DNA of 36,890 nucleotides from a virus: IMG/VR virus record IMGVR_UViG_3300045988_157649; one strand, 5' to 3'. Shown piece by piece: positions 31,907 to 36,890 of this stretch (position 1 is its first letter; each line of letters starts with the position of its first letter). The notes under the pieces were generated by a model. It saw only the letters and a program-made list of their open reading frames with translations, ran no database searches and was not told where the DNA came from. The position numbers and the translations under genes were made by a program.

Positions 31907-32113
31907 ATGGACGAACTCAGCCGCAATGGCAGCGGATACTATGACCAGACTGCATCGCCAGTTTTACATGCCATACATAAACGGGAACAGGAAGCCGACG
32001 AGAACGCCAACCGCATCATCAGACTAATCAAAGATTTATTGCGAATCTGTGATTTTGAGCTTATTGAGCGTATCCAGATTAGGCATAAACCAACAGGGAG
32101 GGAATACCGATGA
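31907..32113 (+). CDS. Hypothetical protein (MDELSRNGSGYYDQTA...)
   Basis: GGAGGG lies 8 nt before ATG 31907. ATGA coupling to the next gene. Confidence 0.5.
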   Translation: MDELSRNGSGYYDQTASPVLHAIHKREQEADENANRIIRLIKDLLRICDFELIERIQIRHKPTGREYR

Positions 32114-32517
32114 ACAATGAAGAAAAGAAGCAGTACCTTCGCAGATATCAGACGGCAAAGCGCAGAGTGGGAATGATCCAGGAAGAAATCGAGGAACTGC
32201 GTTCCAGCAAGACAAGCCCTGTTGGTTTAGGGGATGGGATGCCCCACGGAAGTGGTACATCTGATTTGTCTGGGTATGCTGCCCGTTTAGATGAACTGCT
32301 GCGGGAGTTGGAAGCAGAAAAAGAAATGCAGATGGTGACGTACCGGGAAATCCGTCAGCAGATCGGTATGGTTCCGGATCCAACAGAACAGGAAATCCTG
32401 TCCAGACGCTATCTTATTGGACAAAGCTGGGAGAAGATCGCAGTGGAGATGGGGTATAGTTACCGAAACATCACCAGAGTTCATGGATATGCTTTGAAGC
32501 ACTTTGAACTTCTATAA
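32110..32517 (+). CDS. Sigma-70 region-4-like late transcription regulator (DUF1492/RinA/ArpU-like)
   Basis: The C-terminal segment EQEILSRRYLIGQSWEKIAVEMGYSYRNITRVHGYALKH is a region-4-type HTH. The gene sits just upstream of the packaging genes. Confidence 0.65.
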   Translation: MNNEEKKQYLRRYQTAKRRVGMIQEEIEELRSSKTSPVGLGDGMPHGSGTSDLSGYAARLDELLRELEAEKEMQMVTYREIRQQIGMVPDPTEQEILSRRYLIGQSWEKIAVEMGYSYRNITRVHGYALKHFELL

Positions 32518-32589
32518 AGATGTCCTAGAATGTCCTATGATTTTATGATATGATGATATCATGGAATCTTAAATAAAAGAATTCTTGTG

Positions 32590-32620
32590 GGGACATCAAC
32601 ATTTGGTTGGTGTCCCTTTT
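32590..32620 (+). terminator. 10-bp hairpin plus a short T-run in the leader of the HNH/terminase operon
   Basis: GGGACATCAA-N7-TTGGTGTCCC (one G-U pair) followed by TTTT, ending 18 nt before ATG 32638. Confidence 0.45.
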
Positions 32621-32637
32621 GCATAGGGGGGAAAGTT

Positions 32638-32925
32638 ATGGATTATACCCGCAAGAAATGGAAAAGAAAGAGGGCACACATCCTTCGCATGGATCAATAC
32701 CTTGATCGTATAGAACTCAGATACGGCAGGAGAGTACAGGCAACAATCGTGCATCATATCTATCCTGCGGCTGAATATCCTGAATATGCTTATTGTGATT
32801 GGAATTTAATTTCTGTGAGCATGGCAACACACAATAAGCTGGAGAATAGAAGTACAGGAGCATTGACAGAAATGGGAATCGCATTGCAGAGAAGGACGAT
32901 TCCAGGCATTGACTGGCGTAAGTGA
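32638..32925 (+). CDS. HNH endonuclease (terminase-associated)
   Basis: GGGGGGAAAG RBS. IVHHIYP...WNLISVSMATHNKLEN contains the H-N-H residues. It is adjacent to the terminase genes as in HK97-like cos phages. Confidence 0.8.
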   Translation: MDYTRKKWKRKRAHILRMDQYLDRIELRYGRRVQATIVHHIYPAAEYPEYAYCDWNLISVSMATHNKLENRSTGALTEMGIALQRRTIPGIDWRK

Positions 32926-33023
32926 CCCCGCCCCTATATGGCGGATGAGAATGAAAGTGATCTGGTGGCTTGGGTATAGACTTTTCCAACTCTGAGCGAA
33001 AAAATGATGAAAGGGGTGCAGGA

Positions 33024-33398
33024 ATGGCAGCGATGACAAAAGCAAAGTATAAAAACTTAATACAAAAGCAGCTCTCTGCACTTGGAATTGAAGGGAAAAA
33101 CTACGACAGTGTCATAGACTCCCTTGCCCTCATATTGGTTCAGAGAGATGAGACGAGAAAGGAATTCGAAGAAAACGGAGGAAAATCTGTTATTGAATAT
33201 ACCAACAAAGGCGGCTCAACAAATATGACGAAAAATCCGATTCTGGTCATTTGGGATGAACTGAATAAAACCGCATTGGCGTACTGGCGGGAGTTAGGGC
33301 TTACCCCATCATCTTACAAAAAGCTGACGGGGGATGGGGTAAAGAAAGATACTAGACAGAAAGGCTTGGCAGCGGCACTTGCGGAAATCGAAAGCTAA
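33024..33398 (+). CDS. terS: Terminase small subunit (P27 family)
   Basis: AAAGGGGTG RBS. ...[39 protein letters not shown] fits the P27 family pattern. Confidence 0.75.
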   Translation: MAAMTKAKYKNLIQKQLSALGIEGKNYDSVIDSLALILVQRDETRKEFEENGGKSVIEYTNKGGSTNMTKNPILVIWDELNKTALAYWRELGLTPSSYKKLTGDGVKKDTRQKGLAAALAEIES

Positions 33399-35133
33399 GC
33401 ACTGGGCGGTTGTTATGGAGTACGCCACAAGCATCAGAGAAGGTAGAAAAATCGCTTGCGAAGAATTAAAACAGGCTGTGGAACGGTTTTTTTCGGATTT
33501 GGAGAACGAGGAGTATTGGATGGATTACAAGGCGGCTGAGTTTTGTATCCAGATCATAGAGAAAACGATCTGCCACCAGCAAGGGGAAAGATTGGATGGG
33601 ACGCCGCTTCGAGGAACCCCGTTTTTGTTGGAACCATTCCACAAATTTGTGATTTACAATCTGGTGGGATTCAAATTAAAAGGAACGGAGATTGTAAGAT
33701 TTCATGAAGCCCTGATTTACATTCCTAGAAAAAACATCAAAACTAGCTTTGCTGCAGCTTTGGCATGGGCACTTTCCTTGCTGTACAGAAAAAGCGGATC
33801 GAAGTGTTATATTGCTTCTGCGGCGTTGATGCAGTCATTGGAGAGTTTCAACTTTTTAAAGTACAACATCAACAGGATGGGAGAAAACAGCAAAGATGGT
33901 GGAGCCGTCAAGGTAATTGATAACAACAACGAACATAGTATGGAATCATCGCTGCCGGATGGTTCTTTTTTTATCAGAGCATTGGCAGCGAATCCAGACG
34001 CGCAAGACAGTTTAAATGCCAACATTTGTATTGTAGATGAAGTACATGCTCTCAAAAAACCAAAACAATACAATCTTTTCAAAGAGGCACAAAAAGCATA
34101 TACCAATAAACTGATCATCGGGATCTCCACTGCTGGGGATGATGAGCAGTTATTTTTAGGACAAAGACTGAAATACTGTAGAAAAGTATTAGACGGAACG
34201 GTTCGGGATGAGCAGTATTTTATTTTCATGTGCTGCGCGCCGGAAGGCATCAAAGATGGCAGTGTGGACTTTACAGATGCCAAAATACATGAAATGGCAA
34301 ATCCCGCCTACGGTGTATCCATCAGACCGAATGAAATCATGAATGACGCTTTGCAGGCACAGAATGACCCGCAGCAAAGAAAAGATTTTTTCGCAAAGTC
34401 TTTGAATGTCTATACCAATTCTTTGAAAGCATACTTTGACATTGACGAATTCCGAAAGAGTGACAGAACATATCACTGGACATTGGACCAGCTTGCGAAA
34501 CTTCCCATTGACTGGTATGGGGGCGCCGATCTGTCTAAGCTGCATGACTTGACCGCCGTAGCGTTGTTCGGCAATTATCAGGGAGTGGATATTATTATCC
34601 CCCATGCGTTTTTCCCAGTGGTAGCGGCACATCTGAAAGCGGATCAGGATAACATTCCTTTGTTTGGGTGGGCAGAGGATGGATGGCTTACATTATGCAA
34701 CAGCCCTACCGTAAATCAGGCGGACGTGATCCGGTGGTTTCAGGATATGCGGAAGAAAGGATTCAAAATCAAACAGGTCGGACATGACCGAAAGTTTTGC
34801 AGAGAATATTTCATTGGTATGAAGCAAGCGCATTTCAACATCATTGACCAGCCCCAATATTATTACAAAAAATCCGAGGGGTTCCGTCATATTGAAAAAA
34901 GCGCAAAAGACGGAAAACTTTATTATTTGCATTCTGATGCATACGAGTATTGCGTGGAGAATGTAATGGCAGTGGAAAAAACGGATGATATGATTCAATA
35001 TGAAAAGGTACAGCCGGAGCATCGTATTGACTTGTTTGATGCTTCTGTTTTTGCGTGTGTTCGATATTTAGAAAACATGGAACGTAGCAGAAAAGCAAAT
35101 GCGTGGTTTGGAAGGGATGGTAAACATGAGTAA
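33379..35133 (+). CDS. terL: Terminase large subunit
   Basis: 584 aa. Walker B is CIVDEVH. The C-terminal RNaseH-like nuclease region includes [14 protein letters not shown]. The start is TTG 33379 or ATG 33415. Confidence 0.9.
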   Translation: MRKSKAKHWAVVMEYATSIREGRKIACEELKQAVERFFSDLENEEYWMDYKAAEFCIQIIEKTICHQQGERLDGTPLRGTPFLLEPFHKFVIYNLVGFKLKGTEIVRFHEALIYIPRKNIKTSFAAALAWALSLLYRKSGSKCYIASAALMQSLESFNFLKYNINRMGENSKDGGAVKVIDNNNEHSMESSLPDGSFFIRALAANPDAQDSLNANICIVDEVHALKKPKQYNLFKEAQKAYTNKLIIGISTAGDDEQLFLGQRLKYCRKVLDGTVRDEQYFIFMCCAPEGIKDGSVDFTDAKIHEMANPAYGVSIRPNEIMNDALQAQNDPQQRKDFFAKSLNVYTNSLKAYFDIDEFRKSDRTYHWTLDQLAKLPIDWYGGADLSKLHDLTAVALFGNYQGVDIIIPHAFFPVVAAHLKADQDNIPLFGWAEDGWLTLCNSPTVNQADVIRWFQDMRKKGFKIKQVGHDRKFCREYFIGMKQAHFNIIDQPQYYYKKSEGFRHIEKSAKDGKLYYLHSDAYEYCVENVMAVEKTDDMIQYEKVQPEHRIDLFDASVFACVRYLENMERSRKANAWFGRDGKHE

Positions 35134-36331
35134 CAAAAGAAGACGATCAAAGAACAAAGTGAGAGCGGAACCAGTGAAAAAGCGGACAACGGCATGGTTT
35201 TGCAGTACCGATGCTTTTGATGTACTGACGTGTCATGGCTATACGAGCCTTTCTCATAATCCGGAAATCATTACTGCGGTCAACAGCATTGCAAAGCTGA
35301 TCGGCAGCATGACCATTCATCTGATGGAAAACACAGAGGACGGGGATATTCGTGTCAGAAATGAACTGAGCCGTAAACTGGATATTTATCCAAATACAAA
35401 CATGACACGTTCTGCCTTTATTCAATGGATTGTTCGGACGATGCTTTTGGAGGGTGACGGAAATGCGGTTGTTTTGCCTAAATTGAAAAGGGGACTTTTG
35501 GAAGATTTGAACCCTGTTCCGGCAAGAATGGTCAGTTTTGTGCCGAAAACCACATGGGATTACAGGGTGGACATCAATGGTATGTCCTTTGAGCCGGATG
35601 AAATCCTGCATTTTGTTCTGCATCCAGGCACAAGCTACCCATGGAAAGGCGAAGGCATTTCGATTGCTCTGCGGGATGTGGCAAATAATCTGAAACAGGC
35701 AGCCGCAACAGAAAAAGGATTCATGCAGTCCAAGTGGAAACCAAGCATCATAGTGAAAGTGGACGCTTTGACGGAAGAATTCGCAAGCCCGGAAGGCAGA
35801 AGGGAATTGCTGAACAGCTATATTGATACGACACAGGCGGGAGAACCTTGGATGATCCCAGCGGAACAATTTGAAATTGAACAGGTAAAACCATTATCCC
35901 TTTCGGATTTGGCTCTGGCGGATATGGTGCAGCTTGATAAAAAGACGGTAGCTTCTATTTTGGGTGTGCCGTCTTTTGTTTTGGGCGTAGGGGAATTCCA
36001 AAGGGAGGCATGGAACAATTTCATTTCTTCTACCATCATGCCGATAGCGCAAATGATGGAGCAGGAATTGAGCAGGAAACTTTTGATCAAACCGGAGTGG
36101 TATTTTCGTTTTAATCCCCGCAGCCTGTATAACTACGAACTTAGAGATATGGCAGCCATTGCGGATGATCAGTTTGTACGAGGGATTATGAGCGGAAACG
36201 AGGTTAGGGATTGGCTGGGCTTATCGCCAAGAGAAGGTCTGGATGAATTGGTGATCCTGGAAAACTATATTCCAAGAGGGATGATCGGAGAACAGAGCAA
36301 GCTGATTCCATCTAATGAAGGGGGTGAGTAA
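35126..36331 (+). CDS. Portal protein (HK97 family)
   Basis: ATG 35126 overlaps the terL stop. Size, position and the motif [18 protein letters not shown] fit HK97-type portals. Confidence 0.85.
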   Translation: MSNKRRRSKNKVRAEPVKKRTTAWFCSTDAFDVLTCHGYTSLSHNPEIITAVNSIAKLIGSMTIHLMENTEDGDIRVRNELSRKLDIYPNTNMTRSAFIQWIVRTMLLEGDGNAVVLPKLKRGLLEDLNPVPARMVSFVPKTTWDYRVDINGMSFEPDEILHFVLHPGTSYPWKGEGISIALRDVANNLKQAAATEKGFMQSKWKPSIIVKVDALTEEFASPEGRRELLNSYIDTTQAGEPWMIPAEQFEIEQVKPLSLSDLALADMVQLDKKTVASILGVPSFVLGVGEFQREAWNNFISSTIMPIAQMMEQELSRKLLIKPEWYFRFNPRSLYNYELRDMAAIADDQFVRGIMSGNEVRDWLGLSPREGLDELVILENYIPRGMIGEQSKLIPSNEGGE

Positions 36332-36890
36332 GTGGAACAAAGGATTTTAAAAATGCAGGATATGAAAACCAGAGAAGAAGGCGGAAAAAAATATCTGGAA
36401 GGGTATTTTGCTGTATTTGGTCAGACGTATGAGGTTTGGTCCGGATGGATAGAAACCATTGAGCGGGGCGCGTTTGCGCGCTATCTTGCTTCTGGTGAGG
36501 ACGTCAAAGTCCTGTGGAACCATGACAGCAATATCGTGATGGGTTCTACCGCAAACGGAACCGCGGTTTTGCGGGAAGATGAGGTTGGTTTGTGGGGCAG
36601 CGTAGAAATCAACGAAAAGGATCAGGAAGCGGTAAATGGTTATGCCAGAGTTGCCAGAGGGGATGTGGACGGCTGTTCTTTCGGATTTGACATTGCACGT
36701 CAGGAAGAATGGTGGGACGACGAGGGCATTTATCATACGAAGATCACAGAAGTTGACCCGTTGTTTGAGGTTTCCCCATGTACTTTCCCGGCATATAAGG
36801 CAACCAGCATTTCCGCAAGGAATCAGGAAAGTTTTGCGGAGGTAAAGCACAGATATGAACAGATACAGGAACAGAAAACGGAACAATGGC
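36332..36890 (+). CDS. Prohead protease (HK97 / S78 family), N-terminal part. The ORF continues through the circular junction to base 134.
   Basis: This ORF is not in the track because it has no stop in the window. GTG 36332 follows GGGGGTGAG, with ATG 36353 as an alternative. Motifs: FAVFG, ERGAF, VLWNHD, EDEVGLW, GCSFGF. Confidence 0.85.
   Translation, partial: MEQRILKMQDMKTREEGGKKYLEGYFAVFGQTYEVWSGWIETIERGAFARYLASGEDVKVLWNHDSNIVMGSTANGTAVLREDEVGLWGSVEINEKDQEAVNGYARVARGDVDGCSFGFDIARQEEWWDDEGIYHTKITEVDPLFEVSPCTFPAYKATSISARNQESFAEVKHRYEQIQEQKTEQW
36792..36890. repeat. Right copy of the 99-bp exact terminal overlap (identical to 1-99)
   Basis: Base-for-base identity read directly from the sequence. 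Confidence 0.95.

Larger units (their letters stand above)
1..36890. mobile_element. Complete temperate siphovirus-type phage genome (circular contig with 99-bp end overlap)
   Basis: Full set of head, tail, lysis, lysogeny, replication and packaging genes. The ends are identical over 99 bp and a single ORF (protease) spans the junction. Confidence 0.9.

Overview
The window is one complete temperate siphovirus-type phage genome assembled as a circle. Bases 1-99 are identical to 36792-36890, so the true unit length is 36791 bp, and the prohead protease gene runs across the junction. Gram-positive-type lysis genes (phiLC3-type holin, Amidase_3 endolysin), an ImmR/ImmA-type switch and a cadherin-like capsid domain suggest a Firmicutes/Clostridia host. 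That host call is an inference. Modules from the left on the + strand: (1) 1-8572, HK97-like head (protease C-terminus, capsid), collagen-like mini-protein, neck genes, tail tube, frameshifted tail chaperone and tape measure. (2) 8569-13252, Dit, an AT-richer four-gene insert (BppU-like/glycine-rich protein, a 115-aa ORF, two tiny paralogs) and a Tal with a LamG domain. (3) 13263-15095, lysis region (holin, amidase). (4) 15185-16964, att-proximal cargo island: D12-class adenine methyltransferase, a - strand HTH gene, two micro-ORFs for hydrophobic peptides and an 81-aa - strand ORF. (5) 17026-17306, attP-like arm repeats. (6) 17291-19647, - strand lysogeny genes (integrase, ImmA-like protease, XRE repressor). 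(7) 19650-19857, switch region, followed by Cro-like and Bro-N/KilAC antirepressor genes. (8) 20875-27719, early, recombination and replication genes (SMC-like ATPase, Cas4-like nuclease, SSB, ERCC4 nuclease, DUF927-type helicase). (9) 27723-28043, iteron-rich putative origin. (10) 28418-30349, unusually long C5 cytosine methyltransferase. (11) 30360-32517, small genes including YopX and a sigma-like late regulator. (12) 32638-36890, HNH, TerS, TerL, portal and the protease N-terminus. No tRNA, rRNA, CRISPR array, reverse transcriptase or recognisable defence-system domain was seen. The most unusual parts are the cargo island with micro-ORFs under consensus promoters and a convergent antisense promoter, the methyltransferase with about seven tandem recognition-like units, the inverted-iteron origin, and the insert between Dit and Tal. 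All family assignments come from motif recognition by eye. No database search was run.
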